Shown here: positions 9,356-21,347 of the stretch, piece after piece | Layout: every line of letters starts with the position of its first letter | Position numbering within the stretch: the stretch's first letter is position 1 | Assembly (NCBI GenBank): GCA_963664015.2 | Contig: CAXXLF010000002.1 | Span: forward strand, 1,696,001 to 1,760,000 | Origin: Candidatus Binatia bacterium | GTDB taxonomy: Bacteria; Desulfobacterota; Binatia; UBA9968; CAXXLF01 | DNA length: 64,000 nucleotides | Direction of reading: 5' to 3' | Notes under the pieces: model-generated | The model's input: the letters and a program-made list of their open reading frames with translations, nothing else | Databases searched by the model: none | What the model was told of the DNA's origin: nothing | Translations under genes and position numbers: made by a program

Positions 9356-10465
9356 CTATACGATGCTCAGCATTCTCTCAATGGGGACACGGGCTCGGGC
9401 GGCTAGCTCTGCATCCACGGTAATTTCATGGATTCCGTCACGCAGCGACTCGTAGACCTTGCGGAGGGTATTTTGCTTCATATAGGAACAAACCGCGGTG
9501 GGACTTGCCGCGATCAGAGTCTTTTCCGGTGCCGCTTTGGACAGGGGGTACAGGTTCCCCACCTCTGTGGCCACGATGATGACCTGCTGCGGTGTCTCGC
9601 GCACAAATTCCATCATCCCCTGAGTCGAACGGAACTCCATCATTCCGGCGGCCACGGAACCTTGGCTGACCTGGCGCATGCAAGCACTTGTGCAACCGCA
9701 TTCGGGGTGGATCACCGCAGCCGCGCCGGGATAAAGCTGTTGTTGTCTTTGCACATGGTAGGGACGTATTCGATCGTGAACGTGACAGGCGCCCATCATT
9801 AGCCAGAGCCGGTCTAAAGACGCGCCCTGTTCTTCCAGGAGCCGCGCCGCATAGTATCCCAGGTAAACGTCCGGAAGAAAAAGGATAGGTTGGTCAGAGT
9901 GGGAATGCTCCAGGACGTGCAGGATGACTTTAGCGGCATTCGCCGAAGCGCAACAATAATCGCTCTCTGCTTTGACCTCCAGATAAGTGTTTACATAACT
10001 CACGACCACACCCCTGGGGTGCTCGCGCTTCCAAGCCCTTATCTTGTCCACGTCCGCATGGGCTGCTAGCGAGCAAAGGGCGCCAAGATCCGGGGCCAGA
10101 ACCCGCTGGTGGGGTTTCTTCATGATGGCCAGGATCTGGTTCATGAAAAGCACCGCTGCCTCCAACAGAATATCGGCATCCGATTGGGCCCCCAACTGGG
10201 CAAGGTAGAGCGAATCACCCACAGCGTCAGCCGCATCCTGGACATCCCGGGGCATATAGTTATGGGCCAGGATGAAGGCGTTGCGCTCTTTTTTCAGCCG
10301 GCGGATTTCCTCGTGCAGCCACTGCCGTTCCCCATCGGAAATGTTGTCGGGATTCGCATCCGCTGGAACCTCGGGAACTTCGATGGGGGGAGCCAGGTCC
10401 ACCGAGTCGATAGAAGCGATAGCGTCACGTGCCGGAAGAATGTCTCCAGGAGCCACTTCATTCAT
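9356..10465 (-). CDS. nadA: Quinolinate synthase
   Basis: LAHNY, GDSLYLA, YVNT, HPEC and three Fe-S cysteines (LCSLA, ACHVH, VCSYMK); AAGGAG RBS places the start at 10465. Confidence 0.95.
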   Translation of the reverse strand: MNEVAPGDILPARDAIASIDSVDLAPPIEVPEVPADANPDNISDGERQWLHEEIRRLKKERNAFILAHNYMPRDVQDAADAVGDSLYLAQLGAQSDADILLEAAVLFMNQILAIMKKPHQRVLAPDLGALCSLAAHADVDKIRAWKREHPRGVVVSYVNTYLEVKAESDYCCASANAAKVILHVLEHSHSDQPILFLPDVYLGYYAARLLEEQGASLDRLWLMMGACHVHDRIRPYHVQRQQQLYPGAAAVIHPECGCTSACMRQVSQGSVAAGMMEFRSTQGMMEFVRETPQQVIIVATEVGNLYPLSKAAPEKTLIAASPTAVCSYMKQNTLRKVYESLRDGIHEITVDAELAARARVPIERMLSIV

Positions 10466-10680
10466 GCCCTTCTCCTTGTAACTGTTAAGGAACGTCGCCG
10501 TCAAGTTGGAACACTTTGACTCTTCGAGACCCTCAGGGTCATGGTAAAGAAGATCGAACCATGACCGTCTATCCTATTCCGCCTATTCCACGGGATGAAC
10601 GTTCCGACCTCCATGGAAGGTAACCCCCAAGGCCAAGTGTCCGCAGCAAGGGATTCACCTCCAGGGAGTAGGGATCTTAC

Positions 10681-10701
10681 TTAGCGTAAATGTAACACAA
10701 A
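10681..10701. promoter_or_regulatory. NrtR-type operator candidate upstream of nadA
   Basis: 21-bp TTAGCGTAAATGTAACACAAA with the GT-N7-AC core characteristic of NrtR boxes, upstream of an NAD biosynthesis gene. Confidence 0.55.
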
Positions 10702-10871
10702 CTCAACCGGTCCTCCAGCCTGACCGGCCCGCCTTTAAACCGTTCCATGCCATAAGCCCATGCCCAATAATCGAGCGCCGAGAGATTAAGACAGAGGCAG
10801 TTGACTGCAACTTTCTCCCCTCCTGGGGAAAAAACCGTGAGAATTCAGGGCAACGAGAGACCCGAGGGTGG

Positions 10872-10886
10872 TGGTACGAACCTTAC
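10872..10886 (+). promoter_or_regulatory. Degenerate sigma-54 promoter candidate for amtB, with an NtrC-like site at 10761-10777
   Basis: TGGTAC-N5-TTAC resembles TGGCAC-N5-TTGC; TGCCCAATAATCGAGCG about 100 bp upstream. Confidence 0.3.
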
Positions 10887-10998
10887 GAAACAGGTTTCCC
10901 AGGTTCAACACCCAGCGTCCTTGTTCCCAATCGCCATGCCTAACGCGATGAGGGTATACAATTCAACAGTCTGAGCAAAATACTTTGAGGAGGATCAA

Positions 10999-12540
10999 AT
11001 GGAGAACATTGATCGGCGAAGAGTTAACCTCTGGTTACTCCTATTACTGGTGATGGAAATATTTTGGGTGCCCCCGGCTATTGCCCAAGACGCGCCCGTA
11101 CAGGCAGCAGGGGCCAAAGTAGAAAGAAGAGGTTAAAAACCTCGTTCCGTTTACCCAGGAGCGGTTGGACCAACTGGGCAGCATCAAGATCGCTCTGGAC
11201 ACTACCTGGACCCTCATCGCTGCCTTTCTGGTCATGTTCATGGGTCTAGGGTTTGCCATGCTCAAGACCGGCTTCTGCCGCTCTAAAGATACGGTCAATA
11301 TCCTGTCCAAGAACTTTATCGTCTTTACTCTGACCTCCCTGTCCTTTCTTCTAGTGGGCTGGGGGTTCATGTTCGGAGATGGAAACGGGTTGTTTGGTAC
11401 CAGCGGCTTCTGGATGCTCAGTGGCGCCGATAATAGCCCCGCGACCGGAGACGCTTCCACGGGCGTATACAAGGCCATCTCCTGGACCGGGGTCCCGCTG
11501 GAGGTGAAGTTCCTGTTTCAGGTCGTCTTCGCCGCCACCGCTGCTACCATTGTGTCGGGAGCAGTCGCAGAGAGAATTAAGTTCAGTGCCTTCTTCCTAT
11601 TCTCCATCCTCATGGGTGCTCTTCTCTATCCCCTCACGGGTCACTGGATCTGGGGTGGAGGCTGGCCGGGTAGCCTCGGCATGTGGGATTTGCTGGATCG
11701 ACAGTCGTTCATTCGGTAGGCGGCTGGGCGGCACTGGCGGGCGCTATCATCATAGGGCCTCGAATCGGCAAGAATACAAAGGATGGCAAGGTGACCCCCA
11801 TCACCGGTCACAGCATGACCTCAGCTGCCATTGGAGTCTTTGTCCTATGGTTCGGATTCGATGCGGGGAGTACCATGGCTGCGGATTGGGGAGCGATCGG
11901 CCATATCGCCCTGACTACCAACACGGCAGCGGCCGCCGGGGCCGTCGCCGCAACTCTTTTCGCCTGGATCCTGTTCGGTAAACCGGACTTGACCATGCCC
12001 CTTAACGGCGGTGGCGCGGGCCTCGTAGTGATCACAGCTCCATGCGTGTTTGTCAGTGTCGGTAGTGCAATCATAATCGGTTTAGTCGGTGGAATTTTGG
12101 TAGTTGCCTCGGTTCTTTTCTTCGACCGCATTCGAATCGACGATCCCGTCGGGGCCATTTCCGCCCACCTCACCTGGGGAATATGGGGCACCCTGGCCGT
12201 GGGACTCTTTGCTCAGTAGCAATTGGCCCTGGGCACAACGGGGAATGGCCTCCTCTTTGGCGGAGGCTTCGAGCTCTTCATGGCACAACTGGCTGGTGTT
12301 GTAACCGTGGGCGCCTTTGTCTTTTGGGCCTCGTTTCTCGGTTGGAAGTTGCTCAAGGCGATTATTGGCATTCGGGTTTCTGCGGAAGAAGAGTTTGCCG
12401 GTCTCGACATTGGCGAGCACGGGATCATGGCCTATCCAGAATTTCAGGCACCTGGGGATAGCTATCCGGCGGTGAATCCGGCTAGGGAAAGCGTTTCCCT
12501 GACGCAGGCCAGTCTTGCTACCAAGCGCAAGCAGTCCTGA
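10999..12540 (+). pseudogene. amtB: Ammonium transporter AmtB, two frameshifts and one nonsense codon
   Basis: GAGGAGG RBS, signal peptide, [44 protein letters not shown] and GLDIGEHG; shifts at about 11125 and 11685; TAG at 12217-12219. Confidence 0.9.
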
Positions 12541-12634
12541 GCTTCACAAGGGACAGAGTATGCTGTTGTTTTTATTGACAAATCGCAGCTTGCTTGTCAC
12601 TTAAGTTTATTGTCTATATAGGGAGGGATTTAAA

Positions 12635-13870
12635 ATGAAAAAGCAGAGCGCAGGGGCAATGTTGTTTTTCCTGGCCTTTTCCTGGGCGGGTTGCAACTCT
12701 GTCTCGGCCCAGGGATCCGGGGAGCTCGATCCAGGGTGGTCGAGCCTGGACAGCACCGTAGGCAAACTGGATAGCGCCATTCAGAAAGGGAAGTCTACGG
12801 TAGAGGAATACACCTTCGGCGTAAAGATCAGCGATTTTCTCGACACGAGCTATACCGTCAGTGGGAACCACCCGGGCTCCGGCAGCAGCAACAACATCAG
12901 CCAAAGGGTCTTCGATATAGATAACAATCAGATTGTTTTCAACGATTTCAACCTGATACTGGAAAGACCCGAGCCGGAGAAGGGGTGAGGTATTGGAGCC
13001 AAGCTGGTCGGTGATTTTGGTCGTACGGCGGAATTGTTGAGGGAGGCAACGCTCTGGGGTAGTCAAACAACATCGGAACCCTCGGCGGAGATCAGGGAGG
13101 CCTTTTTGACCACTACGATTCCCGTCGGAAACGGAATAGGCATTCAGGGTGGACTGTTTGTGACAGCCCTGGGCACCGAGATTATTCCCAACCCGGGCGC
13201 CTATAACGATAATATCTCACGCTCTTATCTCTTTGGGTTCTCTATCCCATTTCGTCACGTGGGAATGCTTATCAGCTACCCCATCCACGAGATGGTCAGC
13301 ATCTCCGCTGGTCCCGTCACCGGCTGGCACAATCCGAGAGACAACAACAGTCAACCCTCGTTTTTCAGCGCCATGACCCTGATGCCGTTCAAGAACTTTT
13401 CCTTAGTCAGTAGTTTTATCATCGGCCCAGATGTGCACCACAACAACAGCGACAAGAGGCTAGCCTGGGCCAATGTGGCCAGCTACGCCCCTCTGGATGA
13501 CATGACGCTTACCGTCGAATACACCTATGGGCGTGAAGAAAACGTCACCGCCAGCAGCCGCAATGCCACATGGCAAGGCGTGGCCGGGTATGTATCTTAC
13601 AATTGGACTGAGCGGTTCAACACGGCTGTACGTGGCGAGTACTTTCGTGACGCCGATGGGGCTCGATTCGGCGGCAATCTTCGAGGCACCCAAATGGACG
13701 TCAGCATAGGGAAGTTTACTCTGACCGGGGCCTTTAAATTCACGGAGATGCTGCTCGGCCGGGTGGAACTGCGTCAAGACCTGGCAAATACGCAGATGTT
13801 CCAAAAGGGCAATACGGGATCTGATAAGAACCAAACCACTTTCGCCATGTAAGCCATTGACACCTTCTAA
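12635..13870 (+). pseudogene. Putative outer-membrane beta-barrel porin with two in-frame stops
   Basis: One reading frame from 12635 to 13870 interrupted by TGA (12986, KG*GIG) and TAA (13850); signal peptide, NISRSYLFGFSIPF, RGEYFRDADG and terminal Phe (AIDTF*). Confidence 0.8.
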
Positions 13871-13882
13871 GTAACCTATTCT

Positions 13883-13922
13883 TTCCTCCCTCCTTGCTCC
13901 ACGGAAGCGAAGGGGGAGGGAT
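13883..13922 (+). terminator. Stem-loop after the porin gene
   Basis: TCCTCCCTCCTTGCT...AGCGAAGGGGGAGGGA imperfect inverted repeat. Confidence 0.45.
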
Positions 13923-14078
13923 TCCCCTCTAACTCTCAGAACTCTTCTGCTGTTTATTTCTCCGGCGAAAGTTCATAATACTAACCATTAGGGGTGACTC
14001 GGCCACAACCTCAGTGGGACAGTGGTGCGCAAATCCCCGGTTCGAGCTGTACCGGAACTGGAGCCATAAGGAACCATA

Positions 14079-14960
14079 TTGGCACATGAGGTAACCAATA
14101 GACGCGGTCGCCCGTTGGCCCTCGCCCTCGCCATTACTTCGGTCTACTTTGTAGTCGAGGTCGTCGGGGGGATCAAGACCAACAGTCTGGCCCTCCTCTC
14201 AGACGCGGGGCACATGTTTTCCGATATCGCGGCCCTGGGGTTGAGTTGGTTTGCCTTTCAGATTTCGAGACGTCCGGCCACTTCCAAGAGGACCTACGGT
14301 TACTATCGCGTAGAGATTCTGGCATCGCTAGCCAACGGTCTTCTCCTCTGGCTCATGGTCGGGATCATTTTCCATGCGGCCGTCCAGCGCTTTTTCAACC
14401 CGCCGGAGGTCCAAAGCTTTGGGATGATCGTAATCGCCATCATGGGTCTAGCGGTCAACATCGCCGCCGGCTTTATCCTCTATCGGTCACACCATGACAA
14501 TTTGAACGTCCACGGGGCCTTTATCCACGTCATCGGGGATGCCCTGGGCTCCGCAGGCACCATCGTTGCCGGTTTGATTATGCTCCAGACCGGTTGGTAC
14601 CTGGCCGATCCGGTCGTGAGTTTTTTCATTGGCGGTCTGATCCTCTACACATCATGGGGGCTCATCAAGGAATCGGCGGACATACTAATGCAATCGGTCC
14701 CCCGAGGCATTAGCCTGGAAGAAGTGCAACGAATCCTTGAAGGGGTTGAGGGCGTCGTTAAGATCCATGACCTGCACGTGTGGGCCGTGACCTCCGGGGT
14801 CTTTACCCTGAGCGCTCATGCCGTCATCAATGGCCACAGGGATATTCATCAGGTATTGAGTGAAATGGAGCGGATTCTGGACAGTAGATATTCTATCCAG
14901 CACACGACCATCCAGTTGGAGACCCGCAGCCGGGAAGGGGAGGAGTTCTCCGCCTTCTAA
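14079..14960 (+). CDS. Cation diffusion facilitator (CzcD/ZitB-like Zn/Co/Cd exporter)
   Basis: SLALLSDAGHMFSD, TYGYYRVE, HVIGDALGS, HDLHVW and HTTIQLE motifs. Confidence 0.93.
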   Translation: MAHEVTNRRGRPLALALAITSVYFVVEVVGGIKTNSLALLSDAGHMFSDIAALGLSWFAFQISRRPATSKRTYGYYRVEILASLANGLLLWLMVGIIFHAAVQRFFNPPEVQSFGMIVIAIMGLAVNIAAGFILYRSHHDNLNVHGAFIHVIGDALGSAGTIVAGLIMLQTGWYLADPVVSFFIGGLILYTSWGLIKESADILMQSVPRGISLEEVQRILEGVEGVVKIHDLHVWAVTSGVFTLSAHAVINGHRDIHQVLSEMERILDSRYSIQHTTIQLETRSREGEEFSAF

Positions 14961-15055
14961 CTCCATTCGGTAGCCCTTTTCCGGCTGTTTGGCATCCCCC
15001 GTTTATCCTGCATCTATCCGTCAACTCCCTAACAGAACTAAATTTTCTCCCCCCC

Positions 15056-15083
15056 TTGACGTTTAAAAAACCCGTCTTAAATT
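15056..15083 (+). promoter_or_regulatory. Sigma-70-like promoter for groES-groEL
   Basis: TTGACG-16bp-TAAATT. Confidence 0.4.
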
Positions 15084-15139
15084 CCTACCAAGATTTATAA
15101 CGACCCCAATTTGCATAACATTGTTTTACAGGAGATATT

Positions 15140-15430
15140 ATGGCTACATCTGTTCGTCCTTTACACGACCGAGTCATTGTTAAAAGGACTGAAGAAGAGG
15201 AGAAATCAAAAGGCGGTATCATCATTCCCGATACTGCCAAGGAAAAACCCCAAGAAGGGCAAGTGGTTTCCGTCGGCGCGGGAAGACATGAAGACGGCAA
15301 GGTTATTGCCCTTGACGTAAAGGCTGGGGACCGGATCCTGTTTAGTAAATATGCCGGCACAGAGATCAAGCTCGATGATGTGGAACACCTCATCATGCGG
15401 GAAGACGATATTCTTGGAATCATCGAGTAA
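15140..15430 (+). CDS. groES: Co-chaperonin GroES
   Basis: [27 protein letters not shown] and [10 protein letters not shown]. Confidence 0.98.
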   Translation: MATSVRPLHDRVIVKRTEEEEKSKGGIIIPDTAKEKPQEGQVVSVGAGRHEDGKVIALDVKAGDRILFSKYAGTEIKLDDVEHLIMREDDILGIIE

Positions 15431-17068
<1,638 letters not shown>

Positions 17069-17090
17069 AGGGGAGTTTTCCTCAAGTTTG

Positions 17091-17135
17091 ATGGGGCGAA
17101 GAGAACGGCCCCCACAGGAGTTCTCTTCGCCCCAT
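17091..17135. terminator. 16-bp perfect stem-loop downstream of groEL
   Basis: ATGGGGCGAAGAGAAC...GTTCTCTTCGCCCCAT. Confidence 0.65.
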
Positions 17136-17164
17136 ATCCCTATTCTATAGGGCGACGGGCCGCC

Positions 17165-17193
17165 TTGACTTTAAGCCGTTTTTTCACTAAAAA
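17165..17193 (+). promoter_or_regulatory. Sigma-70-like promoter for the nuo operon
   Basis: TTGACT-17bp-TAAAAA upstream of nuoA. Confidence 0.45.
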
Positions 17194-17283
17194 ATTTTCA
17201 CTTTCGCCAGCTAGAGTCTTGGCCGGACCTCTCAAACAATGGGGGTCGGATTTTTTTACACAGGCCCGTTTCCCGTGTCATGA

Positions 17284-17649
17284 ATGCCCATAATGACCAA
17301 CCCATATTTCCCTGTACTGATTATTTTTTTGTTCGCAGGGATAATTGTAGTTGCCCTTCTCCTGATCTCTCAGATCCTAGGTCCTAAAAGCCTGAGCCTC
17401 GTTAAAGGGGAGCCTTTTGAATCGGGGAATCCGCCCAGGGGGGACGCGCGCATCCGCTTCTCCGTGAAGTTCTACCTTGTGGCCATGCTCTTTCTTATTT
17501 TCGATATCGAAGTTGTCTTCCTCTATCCCTGGGCCATTCACTTCCGTAGTCTCGGGGTCTTCGGACTCGTGGAGATGGGTATCTTCTTGTTCATTGTAGT
17601 TATCGGTTTCATCTATGCCTGGAAGAAGGGCGCCCTGGATTGGAGTTAG
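17284..17649 (+). CDS. nuoA: NADH-quinone oxidoreductase subunit A
   Basis: EPFESG, FSVKFYLVAMLFLIFDIE and YAWKKGALDW. Confidence 0.96.
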   Translation: MPIMTNPYFPVLIIFLFAGIIVVALLLISQILGPKSLSLVKGEPFESGNPPRGDARIRFSVKFYLVAMLFLIFDIEVVFLYPWAIHFRSLGVFGLVEMGIFLFIVVIGFIYAWKKGALDWS

Positions 17650-17654
17650 AGACC

Positions 17655-18209
17655 ATGGCCGAAGACAAGTTCAACCTCCAAACCAAGCTTGAGGGGAAGG
17701 TGTTGGAAGTGGAGTCCTTTCAGGGCGACCATGTCGTCACCCTATCTTTGGACGGCCTGCTCGAATCCTTCCGCATGCTTAAAGAAGATCCGGAGCTTGC
17801 CTTTGATTTTTTGATGGACCTGACCGTAGTGGATTACCTCGGTTCGAAGAGCCCTCGTTTTCAAGTCGTCTACCAACTCTATTCCCTTGGACTCAACCAC
17901 CGTTTGCGGGTTAAGGTCCCCGTACCGGAAGAAAACCCACAGGTGACCTCTCTCACCCCCTTGTGGAAAACGGCCAACTGGTTGGAACGAGAGGCCTGGG
18001 ATATGTTCGGTATTCGATTCGTCGGACATCCCGATTTGAGAAGAATCTTGCTCTACGAGGAATTCCAAGGGTATCCGTTACGCAAGGACTATCCCGTCAA
18101 CCAGTGCCAGCCCCTGGTACCCGAGCGGGAAGTCGACGGGACCTTCGTCGATCACGCTTCAAAAAATAGGCTCATGCAATTGCAGCAGAAGTTCGGCAAC
18201 AAGACTTGA
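17655..18209 (+). CDS. nuoC: NADH-quinone oxidoreductase subunit C
   Basis: ANWLEREAWDMFGI.F.GHPDLRRILL...GYPLRKDYP. Confidence 0.96.
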   Translation: MAEDKFNLQTKLEGKVLEVESFQGDHVVTLSLDGLLESFRMLKEDPELAFDFLMDLTVVDYLGSKSPRFQVVYQLYSLGLNHRLRVKVPVPEENPQVTSLTPLWKTANWLEREAWDMFGIRFVGHPDLRRILLYEEFQGYPLRKDYPVNQCQPLVPEREVDGTFVDHASKNRLMQLQQKFGNKT

Positions 18210-18212
18210 TCG

Positions 18213-19427
18213 TTGGACCAACGGGACGTTGCAGCAATGAAAGCAAATACTTCCGACATCCTGACCGAATCCATGGATCTTCAGATGGGTCCTTCCCACC
18301 CAGCCACCCATGGAACCATCAAGTTCAACCTCAGGCTGGAGGGGGAAAAAATCATAAGTTGCGATACCGAAGTCGGTTATCTGCACCGTGGTTTTGCCAA
18401 AAGCTGCGAGCAGGCCACCTGGACCCAGGTTTTCCCCTACACGGACCGCTTGAACTATGCCTCACCATTCATCAATAACGTGGGCTACGCCCTGGCGGTG
18501 GAAAAACTGATTGGCGTCAAAACCCCACCCCGCTGCCAGTTTATCCGGCTGATCATGAGCGAACTCTCACGCATCCATGACCACCTGACCTGCTGCGCCA
18601 TGGCATCTTCTGAATTGGGAGCCATTACCGCAGGGTTCTATATGATGGAAGCCCGCGAGCACATCATGAGAATCATCGAAGACGTCACTGGTGCCCGACT
18701 GACCGTTACATACGCCCGCATCGGAGGAGTGAAGCACGATTTACCCAGCAACTTTACCGAGCGCGTCACCCAGGCTTTCCAGTTCACCCGCCGGATACTG
18801 ACCGACTGCGATCATTTAATCTCCCGCAACCGGATCTTCATCGATCGTATGTCAGGGATCGGAATTATCTCAAAGGAAGACGCTATCTCCTATGGTTTGA
18901 CGGGCCCTATCCTCCGCTCCACCGGAGTATCGTACGATGTCCGAAAGGCCCACCCGTACCTGGTTTATGACCAAGTTGATTTTGAAGTTCCTCTGGGAAC
19001 CAGAGGGGATAATTACGATCGCTTTGTCTGCCGTATCCAGGAAATCGAACAGAGCATGAGCATGGTCGAACAGGCGCTCAAGAACATACCCATGGGCGCC
19101 ATATCTGTCGACGATGCCCGTCTCGTCTTGCCACCGAAGGAGAAGGTTTACAACAGCATCGAAGGGCTCATGCATCACTTCAAGATCATCATGGAGGGCA
19201 TTCATGTTCCACCGGGCGAGGTCTACCAAGCCGTGGAAGGGGGCAACGGCGAACTCGGTTTCTTTATCGTAAGCGACGGGGGAGGAAAACCTTATCGAAT
19301 TCGGGTGCGCCCACCCTGCTTCATGGCCATGTCGGCCTTCCAGGAGATGATTCAGGGACACATGCTAGCGGATATCATTCCGACGTTCGGCATGATTAAT
19401 ATGATCGGTGGCGAGTGCGACAGATAG
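18213..19427 (+). CDS. nuoD: NADH-quinone oxidoreductase subunit D
   Basis: MGPSHPATHG, GYLHRG, DRLNY, GELG and terminal GECDR. Confidence 0.97.
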   Translation: MDQRDVAAMKANTSDILTESMDLQMGPSHPATHGTIKFNLRLEGEKIISCDTEVGYLHRGFAKSCEQATWTQVFPYTDRLNYASPFINNVGYALAVEKLIGVKTPPRCQFIRLIMSELSRIHDHLTCCAMASSELGAITAGFYMMEAREHIMRIIEDVTGARLTVTYARIGGVKHDLPSNFTERVTQAFQFTRRILTDCDHLISRNRIFIDRMSGIGIISKEDAISYGLTGPILRSTGVSYDVRKAHPYLVYDQVDFEVPLGTRGDNYDRFVCRIQEIEQSMSMVEQALKNIPMGAISVDDARLVLPPKEKVYNSIEGLMHHFKIIMEGIHVPPGEVYQAVEGGNGELGFFIVSDGGGKPYRIRVRPPCFMAMSAFQEMIQGHMLADIIPTFGMINMIGGECDR

Positions 19428-19439
19428 ATATGGGTCAAA

Positions 19440-19513
19440 AGTCAATTGTAAACGATCAATGGGTCAGGGTTGGCATTCCTTGGTGACACACCAATTACTA
19501 TTGACCATTGACT
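19440..19513. repeat. Heptamer-built imperfect palindrome between nuoD and nuoE
   Basis: AGTCAAT-type 7-mers on the left, ATTGACC/ATTGACT on the right. Confidence 0.55.
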
Positions 19514-19529
19514 AAGAAGTAGTTTCACT

Positions 19530-20003
19530 ATGGCTCTAGAATTCTCACCGCAAGCACTCCAGAAGGTCTCCGAAGTCATCGGCCGCTATCCCCACAAGCA
19601 ATCCGCGGTGGTGCCCGTGCTGTACCTAGCCCAAGAGGAATTTGGCCACCTTAGCCAGGAAGCCATCGAATACGTCGCCAACCTGATGGAGATCCCTGCG
19701 GCCCGGCTCTACGGCATCGTCAGTTTTTACACCATGCTGAACATGCAGCCGGTGGGAAAACACCATATCCAGGTTTGCCGTACGCTGCCCTGCGCACTAC
19801 AGGGAGCAGGAAAGATCATCGCGTTTCTAAAAGAGCGCTTGTCCGTGGACCTTGGCGAAACGACCCCCGACGGCAAATTCACGTTTTCAGCGGTGGAGTG
19901 CCTCGCCTCTTGCGGCACCGCGCCGGTTATGCAGATCAACGATACGTACTATGAGAATCTGTCCCCGGAAAAAATTGAAAAGATTTTGGAATTGCTAAAA
20001 TAA
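19530..20003 (+). CDS. nuoE: NADH-quinone oxidoreductase subunit E
   Basis: 2Fe-2S ligands CRTLPC and ECLASC; SFYTM. Confidence 0.96.
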   Translation: MALEFSPQALQKVSEVIGRYPHKQSAVVPVLYLAQEEFGHLSQEAIEYVANLMEIPAARLYGIVSFYTMLNMQPVGKHHIQVCRTLPCALQGAGKIIAFLKERLSVDLGETTPDGKFTFSAVECLASCGTAPVMQINDTYYENLSPEKIEKILELLK

Positions 20004-20014
20004 CCGGCAAAGCC

Positions 20015-21307
20015 ATGGAAAAGATCCTTCTGCGAAATATAGAGATTCCAGATTCCCACAAGCTCTCGGTCTACAAGTCCCATCGGGGCTACAATGCTCT
20101 TGAAAAGGCTCTGAAAGAGATGACCCCGGAACAGGTGACCGAGGAAGTGAGCGCTTCCGGACTTCGGGGGCGTGGAGGAGCAGGGTTCCCGACCGGGAAA
20201 AAGTGGAGTTTCGTGCCCAAGGATAACCCGAAACCTAAATATCTCATCGGCAACGCCGACGAAAGCGAACCGGGAACCTTCAAAGACCGGCTTTTGATTG
20301 AAAGAGACCCCCACGCCATCATCGAAGGCGCCATTCTCGCCGCTTATGCCATTCAGTCCCATCAAGGCTTCATTTACATCCGCGGTGAGTTTATGTACGG
20401 CAGCCGGGTATTGGAAAAGGCCATCGAAGAAACCCGCCAAGCGGGTTATCTCGGTAAAAATATTCTCGGCTCCGGATATGACCTTGAGCTTACCCTTCAC
20501 CGGGGAGCCGGCGCCTATATCTGCGGAGAAGAGACCGCCCTGCTATCATCCCTAGAGGGTGGAAAGGGTTGGCCCAAGCTGAAGCCTCCATTCCCGGCAA
20601 CCCACGGTCTGTTCGGTTGTCCGACGGTAGTCAATAATGTGGAGACCCTAGCGGCGCTGCCCTGGATCCTCGATCAGGGGGCCGCCCGATACGCAGCCCT
20701 GGGAAGCGAAAAGAGTAAAGGGACAAAGCTATTCAGCGTTTCCGGACATATCCGCAAACCTGGTGTTTACGAAGTGGAGCTCGGGTATCCGCTCAAGTCA
20801 TTTCTAGAGGAAACCTGCGGCGGCATGCGCGAAGGAAGGGAGCTGAAGGCGGTCGTTCCCGGCGGTTCTTCAGTACCCGTCTTGCGCAAGAATGAGATTG
20901 ACGGAGTCCTAATGGATTACGAATCCATTGCAGCAGCGGGGAGTATGCTGGGATCCGGGGGTGTGATCGTCATGGACGACACCACCTGCATGGTCCAAGC
21001 GGCCTGGAATATCGCCCGTTTTTACGCCCATGAATCGTGCGGCCAGTGCTCACCCTGCCGTGAGGGTTGCCACTGGCTTGAAAAAATATTCGGCCGCATC
21101 GAAACCGGCCGTGGGGCCAAGGAAGACCTGGATCTGGTATTGAGCGTAACCCGCAACATCTCGGGAAATACCATCTGCCCACTAGGCGATGCGGCGGCCA
21201 TGCCCGCTACTAACTTCGTCAAGAAATTCCGGGATGAGTTCGAGCAGCACATCAAACAGCGCAAGTGTCCCATGGCCGGGCATGGCGACAACGTGGTCGC
21301 TCATTGA
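20015..21307 (+). CDS. nuoF: NADH-quinone oxidoreductase subunit F
   Basis: GRGGAGF, NADESEPGTFKD, YICGEETAL and ESCGQCSPCREG. Confidence 0.97.
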   Translation: MEKILLRNIEIPDSHKLSVYKSHRGYNALEKALKEMTPEQVTEEVSASGLRGRGGAGFPTGKKWSFVPKDNPKPKYLIGNADESEPGTFKDRLLIERDPHAIIEGAILAAYAIQSHQGFIYIRGEFMYGSRVLEKAIEETRQAGYLGKNILGSGYDLELTLHRGAGAYICGEETALLSSLEGGKGWPKLKPPFPATHGLFGCPTVVNNVETLAALPWILDQGAARYAALGSEKSKGTKLFSVSGHIRKPGVYEVELGYPLKSFLEETCGGMREGRELKAVVPGGSSVPVLRKNEIDGVLMDYESIAAAGSMLGSGGVIVMDDTTCMVQAAWNIARFYAHESCGQCSPCREGCHWLEKIFGRIETGRGAKEDLDLVLSVTRNISGNTICPLGDAAAMPATNFVKKFRDEFEQHIKQRKCPMAGHGDNVVAH

Positions 21308-21347
21308 GTGGGAGAAGGAAAATTCCTAGACAATTTTAACCAACACT

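Noticed and set aside
14005-14030. GTGGGACAG upstream of the CzcD-like exporter resembles the 3' end of the NiCo riboswitch
   Set aside because: The upstream conserved elements (CUGAGCAGG, GCCGGG, CAACAG) and the four-way junction are absent
15000-15140. CIRCE operator before groES
   Set aside because: No TTAGCACTC-N9-GAGTGCTAA inverted repeat is visible
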